From contig JBDQJI010000004.1 in the NCBI GenBank assembly GCA_040263875.1, positions 11,984-75,983 on the forward strand: a DNA stretch of 64,000 nt. The letters are read 5' to 3'. The number at the start of each line of letters is the position of its first letter. Position 1 is the stretch's first letter. The DNA is from Alphaproteobacteria bacterium (GTDB taxonomy: Bacteria > Pseudomonadota > Alphaproteobacteria > Bin95). Shown piece after piece: positions 29,136 to 41,235 of the stretch. A model generated the notes under the pieces. That model did no database searches. It was given only the letters and a program-made list of their open reading frames with translations, and was not told the origin of the DNA. A program made the translations under genes and the position numbers.

Positions 29136-30947
29136 ATGGAGTCCCAAATGAGCGCCCCCGATTTTACCGAAAACGATCCCAAATTCGGCCCTCTTCCGGT
29201 CTGGGACCTGAGCGCCCTATACGTCAGCCCTGATGATCCCAAGATCACGCAGGACTTTGAATGGTGCGCTAGCGAGGCAGAAGCTTTTGCTGCCCGCTGG
29301 AAAGGTCGCCTTGAGGCGATTACCGCGGCTGAACTGCAAGGCGCAATTGAGGTGTATGAGGCGATTGATGAGCGGCTATCCCGCATCATGAGCTATGCTG
29401 GTCTACGCCATGCAGGCGACCTGACCGATGCTGATCGCGGGCGCTTCATGCAGGACAGCCAGGAAAAGGCGATCGGGATTACGGCACATCTGGTATTCTT
29501 CGAGCTTGAGCTGAATAACCTGCCAGAGGACAAAATCACCGCCCTTCAGGCTGATCCGGCACTTGGAACCTACAGTGTGTGGCTTGGCCAACTCGCACGC
29601 TGGCGGCCCTATCAGCTTTCCGAGGACATGGAGACGCTGCTGCAGGAGAAATCCTCTACCGGCAGCGGCGCATGGAACCGGTTGTTCGATGAAACCATGG
29701 CGGAAATGCGCTTCCCCATGGATGGCAAAGAGCTGACCAGCGCCGAAGTGCTGAACATGCTGTCCTCGACGGACCGGGCGAAACGCAAGGCGGCAGGTGA
29801 ATCTATCGGCGCAACGCTGGGTGCCAACAAGCGGCTGTTTGCACAGATCACCAATACGCTGGCTAAAGACAAAGCGATCGAAGACAAATGGCGGGGCTAC
29901 GCAAAACCTATCTCATCCCGCAACCTCGCCAATGAGGTTGAGGATGAAGTTGTCGAAGCGCTGATCACCGCCGTCCGTGATGCCTACCCCGATCTGTCCC
30001 ACCGCTATTATGCCTTGAAGGCCAAATGGTTCGGCAGCGACAAGCTCGAATATTATGATCGCAACGCGCCCCTGCCTGACAGCGATAACCGGATGATCCC
30101 TTGGCCACAGGCTGAAGCAACGGTGCTGGAAGCATATGGCGAGTTTAGCCCGAAACTGGCGGAAGTCGCACGCCCATTCTTCAGCAATGGCTGGATTGAT
30201 GCGCCTGCCCGCGCCGGCAAGAGCCCAGGTGCTTTCGCCCATCCAACGGTTCCATCGGCCCACCCTTACCTGCTGCTGAATTACCAAGGCAAGACGCGGG
30301 ATGTGATGACGCTCGCCCATGAGCTTGGCCACGGTGTCCACCAGCGCCTCGCGGCTGAACAGGGTCATTTCCTGGCGCAAACGCCGTTGACGCTCGCTGA
30401 AACCGCATCCGTTTTCGGCGAAATGCTAACGTTCCAAAAGCTGCTGCGTGAAACGACGGACGCCAAAACCCGGCGCGCGCTGCTAGCTAGCAAGACCGAG
30501 GACATGCTGAATACAGTCGTTCGCCAAATTTCCATGCTGGAATTTGAGCGTGCTGTGCATCGGGAGCGCCGTGAGGGCGAAATCGCTGTCGAACGGCTTG
30601 GCGAAATTTGGATGGAGACTCAGCGTGAGAGCCTTGGCCCTGCACTGAATTTCGATGAGGGCTATCAGTGGTTCTGGTCCTACGTGCCTCACTTCATTCA
30701 CTCGCCCTTTTACGTTTACGCCTACGCCTTCGGTGATTGCCTAGTGAACGCGTTGTATGCCGTCTACCAGGAGGGTGAGGAAGGCTTCGCAGACCGCTAT
30801 CTGGAAATGCTGTCCGCTGGCGGCTCCAAGCACCACAGCGAATTGCTGGCCCCGTTCGGTTTGAACGCAGCGGACCCAGGCTTCTGGAAACGCGGGCTGG
30901 ATATGATTGCCGGGTTCGTGACCGAACTGGATGACATGGATGGCTGA
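29136..30947 (+). CDS. pepF: M3-family oligoendopeptidase F
   Basis: 603 aa. Zn site LAHELGHGVH with a downstream E, family-typical length. Confidence 0.9.
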   Translation: MESQMSAPDFTENDPKFGPLPVWDLSALYVSPDDPKITQDFEWCASEAEAFAARWKGRLEAITAAELQGAIEVYEAIDERLSRIMSYAGLRHAGDLTDADRGRFMQDSQEKAIGITAHLVFFELELNNLPEDKITALQADPALGTYSVWLGQLARWRPYQLSEDMETLLQEKSSTGSGAWNRLFDETMAEMRFPMDGKELTSAEVLNMLSSTDRAKRKAAGESIGATLGANKRLFAQITNTLAKDKAIEDKWRGYAKPISSRNLANEVEDEVVEALITAVRDAYPDLSHRYYALKAKWFGSDKLEYYDRNAPLPDSDNRMIPWPQAEATVLEAYGEFSPKLAEVARPFFSNGWIDAPARAGKSPGAFAHPTVPSAHPYLLLNYQGKTRDVMTLAHELGHGVHQRLAAEQGHFLAQTPLTLAETASVFGEMLTFQKLLRETTDAKTRRALLASKTEDMLNTVVRQISMLEFERAVHRERREGEIAVERLGEIWMETQRESLGPALNFDEGYQWFWSYVPHFIHSPFYVYAYAFGDCLVNALYAVYQEGEEGFADRYLEMLSAGGSKHHSELLAPFGLNAADPGFWKRGLDMIAGFVTELDDMDG

Positions 30948-32277
30948 CGAAGACGGATTTGGCAGCCGCGCCCGCCGCTTTGCCCGCACAACACGGGCTG
31001 TCGGCGGCCTCGCGGCCAAGGTCGCGGGCGAACGCTATCTCGGCGTCAATATCAACCGGGATAAACACGCGGGCGATCTGCGGGCGGCGCTGGGCGGCCT
31101 GAAAGGTCCGCTCATGAAGGTCGCGCAAATTCTAGCGACAATTCCGGATGCGTTACCGAAGGAATATGCCGAAGAACTCCGCCAGTTGCAGGCAGACGCC
31201 CCCTCAATGGGTCCTCCATTCGTGCGTCGCAGAATGGCTGGGGAGCTTGGTCCCGAATGGCGTCAATCCTTCGCGGAATTTGACCTGAAGGCCGCCCACG
31301 CCGCCTCGCTCGGCCAGGTGCATCGGGCTACATTGCATGACGGCCAGGACGTTGCCGTCAAGCTGCAATACCCAGATATGAAGGCGGCGGTTGAAGCTGA
31401 CTTAAAGCAGCTTCAGTTGATCATCGCCGTGTACCGCCGTTACGATTCAGCGATCAATCCAGACAACATCCAGCTCGAGATCGCAGAGCGGCTCCGCGAG
31501 GAACTGGATTACCGCCTGGAAGCGCAAAACATGGCGCTCTATCGCCATATGCTGAGAGATGAGCCAAACATTCAAGTGCCAGACTCTGTGCCGGAGCTTT
31601 CGACAAACCGTTTGATCACAATGAATTGGCTAACCGGTCGCAACTTGACCGCGTTGGATGATGCACCCGTAGACGTCCGTAATCAGGTCGCCGCGAACAT
31701 GTTCCGCGCTTGGTATGTGCCGTTCTACGAATATGGCGTCATTCACGGTGACCCGCATTTTGGCAACTATTCCGTCGCCGATAACAATTCTATGAACCTG
31801 TTGGACTTCGGCTGCATCCGCATTTTCCCGCCAAACTTTGTCCTTGGCGTGATTGAGCTTTATGAGGCGCTTCGGACCGATGACAGGGAACGCGCTGCTG
31901 CCGCATACGCCATCTGGGGCTTCACGGACCTGACGAATGAAGCATTGGATATCCTCAACATCTGGGCAAACTTCATCTACGCCCCGCTGCTGGAAGATAA
32001 AGTGCGCCGCATCCAGGATGCTGAAACAGGCCACTACGGGGCTGAGGTCGCGAATAAGGTGCATCAGGAATTGAAACGGATCGGCGGCGTTACCCCTCCA
32101 CGCGAATTCGTTCTCATGGACCGCGCTGCGATTGGCCTCGGCTCTGTCTTTATGCGCCTCAAAGCTGAACTCAACTGGGCCGAAATGTTCCGGGACCTGA
32201 CAAAAGACTTCGACGTTGACGCGCTCACCAAGCGCCAGGCCTCGACCCTTAAAGAAGCCGGGCTTCAACAGCCGTGA
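30931..32277 (+). CDS. ABC1/AarF/UbiB-family atypical kinase
   Basis: 448 aa. GPLMKVAQILAT, AASLGQVHRA, VAVKLQYP, HGDPHFGN. The start may be the second in-frame ATG at 30940 (ATGGCTGA overlap with the pepF stop). Confidence 0.85.
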   Translation: MTWMADEDGFGSRARRFARTTRAVGGLAAKVAGERYLGVNINRDKHAGDLRAALGGLKGPLMKVAQILATIPDALPKEYAEELRQLQADAPSMGPPFVRRRMAGELGPEWRQSFAEFDLKAAHAASLGQVHRATLHDGQDVAVKLQYPDMKAAVEADLKQLQLIIAVYRRYDSAINPDNIQLEIAERLREELDYRLEAQNMALYRHMLRDEPNIQVPDSVPELSTNRLITMNWLTGRNLTALDDAPVDVRNQVAANMFRAWYVPFYEYGVIHGDPHFGNYSVADNNSMNLLDFGCIRIFPPNFVLGVIELYEALRTDDRERAAAAYAIWGFTDLTNEALDILNIWANFIYAPLLEDKVRRIQDAETGHYGAEVANKVHQELKRIGGVTPPREFVLMDRAAIGLGSVFMRLKAELNWAEMFRDLTKDFDVDALTKRQASTLKEAGLQQP

Positions 32278-32888
32278 CAAGCGTCCTCCATATCGCCTGC
32301 AGCCCAAAGGGCGACGCCGCCCATAGCTGGCGAATGGCGGAAATACTGCTTGCAGGTTTGTCTGACCAGAATCCTGGCGCGGTCATCTCAACCCGCCGTC
32401 TTGATCAGTCACCGCCGGCGCTGGCGAATGCTGCTTTCGCCACTGAAATGATGGCGCATACGACTGCAGAGAGCGCCCGCGATGCAGGCATGTTACAAGA
32501 ATCGGAACAATTGATTGATGAGTTAGATTCTGCTGACATCCTAGTCATCAGCACGCCAATGCATAATTTTACAGTTCCGGCGGTGCTTATGGCCTGGATC
32601 GATCAGGTTGTCCGCTTCGGCCGCACATTTCAGAGCACGCCTACGGGCAAAGTCGGACTGCTGCGTGACAGACCAGTCTACATCGTCATTGCGTCTGGTG
32701 GATTTTTCACAGGCGAGCCCCCGACACAGCCGGATTTCCTCACGCCCTATCTCCGCGCCATCCTTGCCACGATTGGTCTCAAGGATATTCGCTTTGTCAC
32801 CGCCGAAGCCATGTCCCGTGGGCCGGAAGCCCTAGCGGCAGGCGAAGCGTCTGCCCGCAGTCAGATATCAGCGCTGCTGGAAGGATAA
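32274..32888 (+). CDS. azoR: FMN-dependent NADH-azoreductase-like flavodoxin-fold protein
   Basis: 204 aa. VLHIACSPKG start, ADILVISTPMHNFTVPAVLMAWIDQV. GTG start overlapping the upstream stop. Confidence 0.75.
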   Translation: MTSVLHIACSPKGDAAHSWRMAEILLAGLSDQNPGAVISTRRLDQSPPALANAAFATEMMAHTTAESARDAGMLQESEQLIDELDSADILVISTPMHNFTVPAVLMAWIDQVVRFGRTFQSTPTGKVGLLRDRPVYIVIASGGFFTGEPPTQPDFLTPYLRAILATIGLKDIRFVTAEAMSRGPEALAAGEASARSQISALLEG

Positions 32889-32892
32889 ACGC

Positions 32893-32920
32893 TACCCCGC
32901 AAACGAATTTTTGCGGGGTA
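32893..32920. terminator. Bidirectional hairpin between convergent genes
   Basis: TACCCCGCAAA (32893-32903) and TTTGCGGGGTA (32910-32920) form a perfect 11-bp stem with a 6-nt loop. It sits in the 40-bp gap between the azoR stop and the zeta-inhibitor stop. The flanking T tracts are weak. Confidence 0.5.
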
Positions 32921-32928
32921 AACGGTTT

Positions 32929-33249
32929 CTACTCCGCCATGATCTGCTTTTTAGCTTCAACCATTAGCTCGTCCATCTGCTTCCGCAGGCGTTCGTTCGT
33001 GAGGTCCGTGCCAGCGGCTTTCATGTCACCCTGAACTTTTTCGAGCACATCTTCATCACCCGGCTTTTCAAAGTCGGACATAACGACATCCTTGGCATAG
33101 GCGGTCAGCGCTTCGCCAGACAACCCCATTTGCCCACCAGCCCATTCGCCGAACAGACGATTGCGGCGCGCCGTGACCTTGAATTGCAGTTCCTGGTCAT
33201 GCTTGAACTTGTTCTCGAAATCCTTCTCGCGATTATCGAAGCTCGACAT
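32929..33249 (-). CDS. DUF1476 protein: zeta inhibitor subunit of the alphaproteobacterial F1Fo-ATPase
   Basis: 106 aa from the ATG at 33247-33249 (AAGGAGAGA upstream). MSSFDNREKDFENKFKHDQELQFKVTARRNRLFGEWA...SDFEKPGDEDV is colinear with the Paracoccus denitrificans zeta subunit. The longer ORF-track version (to 33498) is an unsupported extension. Confidence 0.85.
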   Translation of the reverse strand: MSSFDNREKDFENKFKHDQELQFKVTARRNRLFGEWAGGQMGLSGEALTAYAKDVVMSDFEKPGDEDVLEKVQGDMKAAGTDLTNERLRKQMDELMVEAKKQIMAE

Positions 33250-33367
33250 ATGCTCTATCTCTCCTTGGGATCGGTGGGGTTGTTTTGTATATAGGGCACT
33301 GGACGCGGGTTCGCGATAGGGCGTGATGCGGTGCCGGTGAAATTTTTCTGAAAGATGAGCATTTTCT

Positions 33368-34123
33368 ATGTGCACCGTCGTTCTCCTGCGCAGACCCGGC
33401 CACCGCTGGCCACTCTTGCTAGCCGCCAACAGGGATGAACGGATCGACCGCCCCTGGGACCCGCCAGCCCGCCACTGGCCGGACCGGGAGGACGTCACAG
33501 CTGGCCGTGATCAAGAAGCAGGCGGCACCTGGCTTGGGTTGAACGACCATGGCGTCGTCGCAGGCATTCTCAACCGCTCCGGCTCGCTTGGGCCGGCGGA
33601 CGGCAAGCGCAGCCGCGGCGAACTGGTGCTAGACGCCCTGGATTTCGCAGACGCCCGCGAAGCCGCTGAAGCGATCGGCGATCTGGACGCCGGCGCCTAT
33701 CGCAGCTTCAATCTTGTGATCGCAGACAATGAAGACGCATTCTGGATTAAGGGCCTGGGTCGCGGCGCACCGACTGTCGCCCCCGTACCCACCGGCGTAT
33801 CAGTGCTGACGGCTCATGATTTGAACGATACGGGCGCTTCACCCCGCGCACGGCATTACCTACCGCTGTTCGAGGACGGCCCTATACCAGACCCAGAGAC
33901 CAGTGACTGGGCCGCATGGGAAGCCTTGCTTGCATCAAAAGATATGGCACCCGGGGAATTCGAACCCAATGCCGCGATCCATGTTGAGACAGATTACGGG
34001 TTCGGCACAGTATCTAGTTCACTGATCGCCCTGCCGAATCGCAACGCGGAAAATATGAAACCCCATTGGCGCTTCTCTCGTGTTTGGCCTGAACGGGAGG
34101 CATTTTCCACCGTAATGCCCTGA
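33368..34123 (+). CDS. NRDE-family protein (TANGO2/DUF833-like)
   Basis: 251 aa. MCTVVLL...LLLAANRDE signature at the N-terminus. Confidence 0.85.
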   Translation: MCTVVLLRRPGHRWPLLLAANRDERIDRPWDPPARHWPDREDVTAGRDQEAGGTWLGLNDHGVVAGILNRSGSLGPADGKRSRGELVLDALDFADAREAAEAIGDLDAGAYRSFNLVIADNEDAFWIKGLGRGAPTVAPVPTGVSVLTAHDLNDTGASPRARHYLPLFEDGPIPDPETSDWAAWEALLASKDMAPGEFEPNAAIHVETDYGFGTVSSSLIALPNRNAENMKPHWRFSRVWPEREAFSTVMP

Positions 34124-34256
34124 ATCCGCGACACCCGGTCGCCAGTTTTGCACAGACGCTCCATGGGACTCTTGTCACACGCTCCGCTATAAAACAGTTC
34201 CAGGCGATCAGGGCCACGCTCGGCTACGATTGCGCTCAATATTTCCGGATACCAAC

Positions 34257-35051
34257 ATGCCCCGCCGCAGACGGATTTACGAAGGTAAGGCCAAGGTCCT
34301 TTTTGAAGGCCCGGAGCCCGGTACCCTCGTTCAGTACTTTAAGGACGACGCCACAGCATTCAATGCGCAAAAACATGCGCTTATTGAAGGCAAAGGCGTT
34401 CTGAACAACCGTATTTCTGAATATCTTATGATGCGGCTGGCGGAGGTCGGCGTGCCAACGCACTTCGTAAAACGCCTCAACATGCGCGAGCAACTGATTC
34501 GGAAGGTTGAAATTATTCCGATTGAAGTTGTCGTCCGCAACGTCGCCGCTGGCTCTATCTCAAAGCGCTTAGGCATTGCAGAAGGCACACCGCTCCCGCG
34601 ATCCATCGTTGAGTATTATTACAAAGATGATGCCTTGGGCGACCCATTGGTCACCGAAGAACATATCACGGCGTTCGGCTGGGCAAGCCCGCCTGATCTG
34701 GATGATATGTTCAACATGGCGCTTCGCATTAACGACTACATGACGGGCCTGTTCATGGGCGGCGGCATGAAATTGATTGATTTCAAGGTGGAATTTGGCC
34801 GTCTCGTCACGGACGACGTCGAACAAATCGTACTCGCTGACGAAATCAGTCCCGATTCTTGCCGTCTTTGGGATATCAAGACCAACGAAATTTTCGACAA
34901 AGACCGCTTCCGCAAGGATCTTGGCGGCGTGGTCGAAGGCTATCGTGAGGTCGCACGGCGCCTTGGCATTCTGCAGGAAGCCAACGTCACTGACCTGAAA
35001 ACGGGCGGCCCTCACAGTACCGAAGTTGAAGAAAGCACGTCTGAGAAATGA
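34257..35051 (+). CDS. purC: Phosphoribosylaminoimidazole-succinocarboxamide synthase
   Basis: [22 protein letters not shown] and [13 protein letters not shown] prefer the ATG at 34257 over the ORF-track TTG at 34230. Confidence 0.9.
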   Translation: MPRRRRIYEGKAKVLFEGPEPGTLVQYFKDDATAFNAQKHALIEGKGVLNNRISEYLMMRLAEVGVPTHFVKRLNMREQLIRKVEIIPIEVVVRNVAAGSISKRLGIAEGTPLPRSIVEYYYKDDALGDPLVTEEHITAFGWASPPDLDDMFNMALRINDYMTGLFMGGGMKLIDFKVEFGRLVTDDVEQIVLADEISPDSCRLWDIKTNEIFDKDRFRKDLGGVVEGYREVARRLGILQEANVTDLKTGGPHSTEVEESTSEK

Positions 35052-35290
35052 AAGCTCGCGTCGCCATCCGCCTCCGCCCAGACGTTCTGGACCCTCAGGG
35101 TAAAGCCATCGGCCAAGCACTTGGAACATTAGGCTTTTCCGGCGTGGACAATGTCCGCCAAGGCAAGCTGATCGAGCTGGATGTTGAGGCTTCAGATGCC
35201 GCGACAGCCAAAGCACAGGTCAAAGCGATGTGTGAGCGTCTGCTCGCCAATCCTGTGATTGAAGATTACGAGATCGAGATCGAAGGCTGA
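35048..35290 (+). CDS. purS: FGAM synthase subunit PurS
   Basis: 80 aa. VLDPQGKAI motif, correct size, sits between purC and purQ with overlapping stop/start codons. Confidence 0.9.
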   Translation: MKARVAIRLRPDVLDPQGKAIGQALGTLGFSGVDNVRQGKLIELDVEASDAATAKAQVKAMCERLLANPVIEDYEIEIEG

Positions 35291-35958
35291 TGCGGGCCGC
35301 TGTCGTCGTCTTCCCCGGCTCCAATCGTGAGCGCGACATGGCGCTGGCCTGTCGTCGCGCATTTGGCAAAGAACCGGAACTCGTCTGGCATCGGGACACG
35401 ACCTTGCCAGATGTCGATTTCGTAGCGCTGCCTGGCGGCTTCAGCTATGGCGACTATCTTCGCCCTGGTGCCATTGCTGCCCGTGCGCCGATCATGCGGG
35501 CTGTAATTGACCATGCAGCGCGTGGCGCGCCCGTCCTGGGCGTCTGCAACGGCTTCCAGATCATGATTGAAGCTGGGATGCTGCCCGGCGCTCTGCTGCG
35601 CAACGCAACGCTGAACTTCGTCTGCAAAAACACAACGCTGGTCTGCGCATCCGGTAATTCGGCGTTCACACGTGGGATGCAAGCTGGCGAGACAGCCATC
35701 ACCGTGCCTGTAGCGCACCATGATGGTGGATATTTCGTAACGCCCGATATGCTGCAGGTTTTGGAAGCGGAGGACCGCATAGCCTTCCGATATGCGGCGG
35801 GTGAGAACCCGAACGGCTCGACCGCAGATATCGCAGGCGTCATCAATGATGGTCGCAACGTGGTCGGCCTGATGCCCCATCCAGAAAACGCGACAGACCC
35901 GCTCGCAGGCGGAACTGACGGATTAGCACTCTTCCAGAGCCTGCTGGAGACCGCTTAA
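35290..35958 (+). CDS. purQ: FGAM synthase glutaminase subunit PurQ
   Basis: 222 aa. [28 protein letters not shown] (catalytic Cys), MPHPE. Confidence 0.93.
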   Translation: MRAAVVVFPGSNRERDMALACRRAFGKEPELVWHRDTTLPDVDFVALPGGFSYGDYLRPGAIAARAPIMRAVIDHAARGAPVLGVCNGFQIMIEAGMLPGALLRNATLNFVCKNTTLVCASGNSAFTRGMQAGETAITVPVAHHDGGYFVTPDMLQVLEAEDRIAFRYAAGENPNGSTADIAGVINDGRNVVGLMPHPENATDPLAGGTDGLALFQSLLETA

Positions 35959-35959
35959 C

Positions 35960-38155
<2,196 letters not shown>

Positions 38156-38180
38156 TCGCGCCGCTAAGGAGCTGAATTCC

Positions 38181-38420
38181 ATGGCGATGGACGCCCACGA
38201 AATCGAAGCACTGATCAAAGAAGCGATGCCGGATGCGACGGTCGAAATCCGTGACCTCGCTGGCGATGGCGATCACTATGCCGCCCACGTCACTTCTGTT
38301 GCGTTCAAGGGTAAATCCCGGGTAGCGCAACATCAGCTTGTATATGCGGCACTCAAAGGCCGGATGGGCGGCGAACTGCATGCCCTGGCCCTTCAAACTG
38401 CTGTTCCAGACAACGCCTAA
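38181..38420 (+). CDS. BolA-family protein
   Basis: 79 aa from the ATG at 38181 (AAGGAG 9 nt upstream). DGDHYAAHVTS...FKGKSRVAQHQLVY is the BolA signature. Lies directly upstream of grxD. Confidence 0.85.
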   Translation: MAMDAHEIEALIKEAMPDATVEIRDLAGDGDHYAAHVTSVAFKGKSRVAQHQLVYAALKGRMGGELHALALQTAVPDNA

Positions 38421-38442
38421 TTCAATTCAGGAGACAGATTAA

Positions 38443-38769
38443 ATGTCCGATACAAATACCCGTATCCAAAGCGAAATTGACGAAACACCAGTCGTGCTTT
38501 TCATGAAAGGCACCCCTGTGTTTCCGCAGTGCGGTTTCTCCTCCGCCGTTGTTCAGGTGCTGACACATATGGGCGTTCCGTTCAAAGGCGTGAACGTGCT
38601 GGAAGACGGCGATATCCGTGAAGGCATCAAGCAGTTCTCGAACTGGCCGACCATCCCGCAGCTCTACGTCAAAGGCGAATTCGTTGGCGGTTGCGACATT
38701 ATTCGTGAGATGTACGAGTCTGGCGAACTTGAGAACCTGATGGCCGAAAAGGGTGTCGAAGCTGCATAA
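38443..38769 (+). CDS. grxD: Grx4-type monothiol glutaredoxin
   Basis: 108 aa. [17 protein letters not shown] active site, [19 protein letters not shown]. Confidence 0.93.
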   Translation: MSDTNTRIQSEIDETPVVLFMKGTPVFPQCGFSSAVVQVLTHMGVPFKGVNVLEDGDIREGIKQFSNWPTIPQLYVKGEFVGGCDIIREMYESGELENLMAEKGVEAA

Positions 38770-38796
38770 TCTAAGCTGATTTAGGAGGCGGCCGGC

Positions 38797-40086
38797 ATGG
38801 GCGTGTTCGAAGCCATTGCGCTGCTGCTTGTCGCCTCTGCTACAGCGGCCTACGTCAACCACCGCTTTTTCCGCCTGCCGCATACCATTGGCGTGGCGCT
38901 GGCGGCTTTAGCGGGATCAATCATCGTTCTGCTGGTTGATGTGGCAATCCCGCATCTGAAGCTTGCCGAGCAGGCCGTTGCGTTCGTGAACGAATTTGAG
39001 TTCGCGGACACATTGCTCGACGGCATGTTGAGCTTCCTGCTGTTCGCCGGCGCGTTGCATGTGGATATGGACCGGCTGGCCAAGCAAAAGTGGCCCATCG
39101 CCCTTCTCGCCACGGGCGGTGTCGTCCTATCAACCTTCGTTGTAGGCACCATCGTTTACTTCGGCTTTGGCCTGATCGGCCAGCCTATCCCTTACATTTG
39201 GGCGCTGGCGTTCGGCGCACTGATTTCGCCGACAGATCCGGTCGCGACGCTTGGCATCCTCAAATCTATCGCCGTGCCTCCGTCTGTCGCGGCGAAGATC
39301 GCAGGCGAGTCATTGTTTAATGACGGCGTTGGCGTCGTTGTTTTCATCGTCATCGTTGGCATCATCACGAACAGCGCAGGCGGTGACGTGGAAGCGACAG
39401 CGGTATTCGCTGCAGAAACCTTCGCGCTCGAAGCAGTTGGCGGTGCTGCACTTGGTTTTGCAGCGGGTTGGATTGTCTATCGTGCGCTCCGAAGCGCAGA
39501 TGATCATGTCGTCGAAATCCTCATGACCCTTGCCCTCGCTACCGGCGTTTATGCTCTAGCCTCAGCCTTGCACCTTTCTGGGCCAATTGCTGTGGTCGTC
39601 GCTGGATTGCTGATCGGCAATCAGGGCGTTCATAAGGCCATGAGCGACCACACGCGGGACAATCTGCTCCGGTTTTGGGAGCTGACTGACGAGATGCTGA
39701 ACTCAGTTCTGTTCCTGCTGATCGGCATGGAGGCCGTGCTAATCGGCTTTAACGTAACGACAGCAACCGCCGGTGCGATAGCCATTGTCGCCATGCTAAT
39801 CGGTCGCTCCACAGCTGTGCTGAGCGTGTTCGGGCTGTTGCGACGGCATGCGGCATTCACACCGGGTGCTGCCCCAGCATTGATATGGGGCGGCCTGAAA
39901 GGCGGAATTTCCGTAGCGCTGGCACTATCGCTGCCGGAGTCTGATGCCAAACCACTTCTGCTCGCAGCAACCTACATCGCGGTCGTGTTCTCAATCGTGG
40001 TGCAGGGACTGACGCTCCAGGGCGTCTTGAGGCGGGCCTTCCGGGGACAAAATGTCGAAGAAGAAGGCCCGCTGCCAAGGCACTAA
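38797..40086 (+). CDS. CPA1-family cation:proton (Na+/H+) antiporter, NhaP-like
   Basis: 429 aa, polytopic. GALISPTDPVA and ESLFNDGVGVVVF motifs typical of Na_H_Exchanger proteins. Confidence 0.85.
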   Translation: MGVFEAIALLLVASATAAYVNHRFFRLPHTIGVALAALAGSIIVLLVDVAIPHLKLAEQAVAFVNEFEFADTLLDGMLSFLLFAGALHVDMDRLAKQKWPIALLATGGVVLSTFVVGTIVYFGFGLIGQPIPYIWALAFGALISPTDPVATLGILKSIAVPPSVAAKIAGESLFNDGVGVVVFIVIVGIITNSAGGDVEATAVFAAETFALEAVGGAALGFAAGWIVYRALRSADDHVVEILMTLALATGVYALASALHLSGPIAVVVAGLLIGNQGVHKAMSDHTRDNLLRFWELTDEMLNSVLFLLIGMEAVLIGFNVTTATAGAIAIVAMLIGRSTAVLSVFGLLRRHAAFTPGAAPALIWGGLKGGISVALALSLPESDAKPLLLAATYIAVVFSIVVQGLTLQGVLRRAFRGQNVEEEGPLPRH

Positions 40087-40093
40087 GCGCCTG

Positions 40094-41158
40094 CTAGACC
40101 ATAGCCACCGCATTGGCTGGACTACCGACTGCGCCAGGTAGACGAAGCGGTTGGCAGGTCGCGAAGAAGCGCGTGCGGTTGTTGGCTTTCAGCCAGTGTG
40201 CCAGCTCCGTCAGGTACCACATCTCCCCCAATGGGACACCGAGCTTAAAGAGGCAGTGCTGATGCAGCGGACTGTTCGCGTAAGTCTTTCCAAGGGCTGG
40301 ACGTGTGGGTGCCTGCTCGACGGCATAATTGTCCGCGATCATGGCGACGACACTTGAATCCGTGATCCAATTCAGCAGCTTATCGTCACGTCCGTCCAGC
40401 GTTGCGCAGGTTTGGTGCATTTTCTCATGGGTCGGGTTCTTGCCACACTCCAAGATGACGTCCGCAAAACCCGTATAGAGGAACATCAGATCGCCCTCCT
40501 CCGGCGCGACCTTCTGATCCTCCATCGCCTGCATGAACACATCATAGCCAATGACCTTGCGCTCGCGCCCGATCACGTCGAATAGATTCAGCAGGTTGCC
40601 ACGCCCGACGACGCCATGCTCTGCCATGGTTTCGATACCAAGCTTGCGAGCACCAATGCCCTCTTCACGCGGCTCTTGGCTACCGTCTTTGGCGTAATCA
40701 ACGGTGCCGATAATGTCTTTGCCGCCTTCAAAACCGTTGTAATAGCGGATTTCCGGAAAGCCATCCCCATCCGCATCAAACAGCTGGCCCATATGGCAGA
40801 ACGCGTCCCACTGGGAAGAATATTGCAGCGTCATCGTCACGCGATCATCGCAACCGACATCAATATGCGCCGGGTTATCCATGCGGAGCGGGTAGTTGTA
40901 GCGGGGCGTGCCGCTTGTTGCGTCCATCGCCGGCTCAAGCTTTGGCGGCAAGCGGCGCGGGTTCAGAACATTCCCACCCGGATAATCTAGCGGCAAGGAA
41001 GGGCAGAAGCGTTCACCCGTTTGGATTTCTTTTGATGCACGAACAACCCGTTCTGGTGTCAAAAGATTCATCCGACCAAGCTGATCATCAGGCCCCCGAT
41101 CGCCCCAAGTCGAGCTTTCGGGGCGATGTTTCCAACGCGGGTTTGCAGGTGCGTTCAT
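40094..41158 (-). CDS. Cyclase-family protein (kynurenine-formamidase-like fold)
   Basis: About 354 aa from the ATG at 41156-41158 (AGAGGAA 6 nt upstream). N-terminus WGDRGPDDQLGRMNLLTPE. The family assignment is moderate. Confidence 0.7.
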   Translation of the reverse strand: MNAPANPRWKHRPESSTWGDRGPDDQLGRMNLLTPERVVRASKEIQTGERFCPSLPLDYPGGNVLNPRRLPPKLEPAMDATSGTPRYNYPLRMDNPAHIDVGCDDRVTMTLQYSSQWDAFCHMGQLFDADGDGFPEIRYYNGFEGGKDIIGTVDYAKDGSQEPREEGIGARKLGIETMAEHGVVGRGNLLNLFDVIGRERKVIGYDVFMQAMEDQKVAPEEGDLMFLYTGFADVILECGKNPTHEKMHQTCATLDGRDDKLLNWITDSSVVAMIADNYAVEQAPTRPALGKTYANSPLHQHCLFKLGVPLGEMWYLTELAHWLKANNRTRFFATCQPLRLPGAVGSPANAVAMV

Positions 41159-41235
41159 TACTGGTTCCTCTTGCGTTTTTTGATGTGCAGGACCAACCAT
41201 GGCCCAACAAACGCTCACCTGAAAGGCCTAATGCC

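Noticed and set aside
34126-34150. An ACTGGCGACCGGG string on the reverse strand upstream of purC, reminiscent of the ZTP (pfl) riboswitch core GACUGGCGA.
   Set aside because: It is on the wrong strand to regulate purC. There is no minus-strand gene downstream of it, and I could not find the pseudoknot partner (CCGCCUGGGCA-like) or the second helix.
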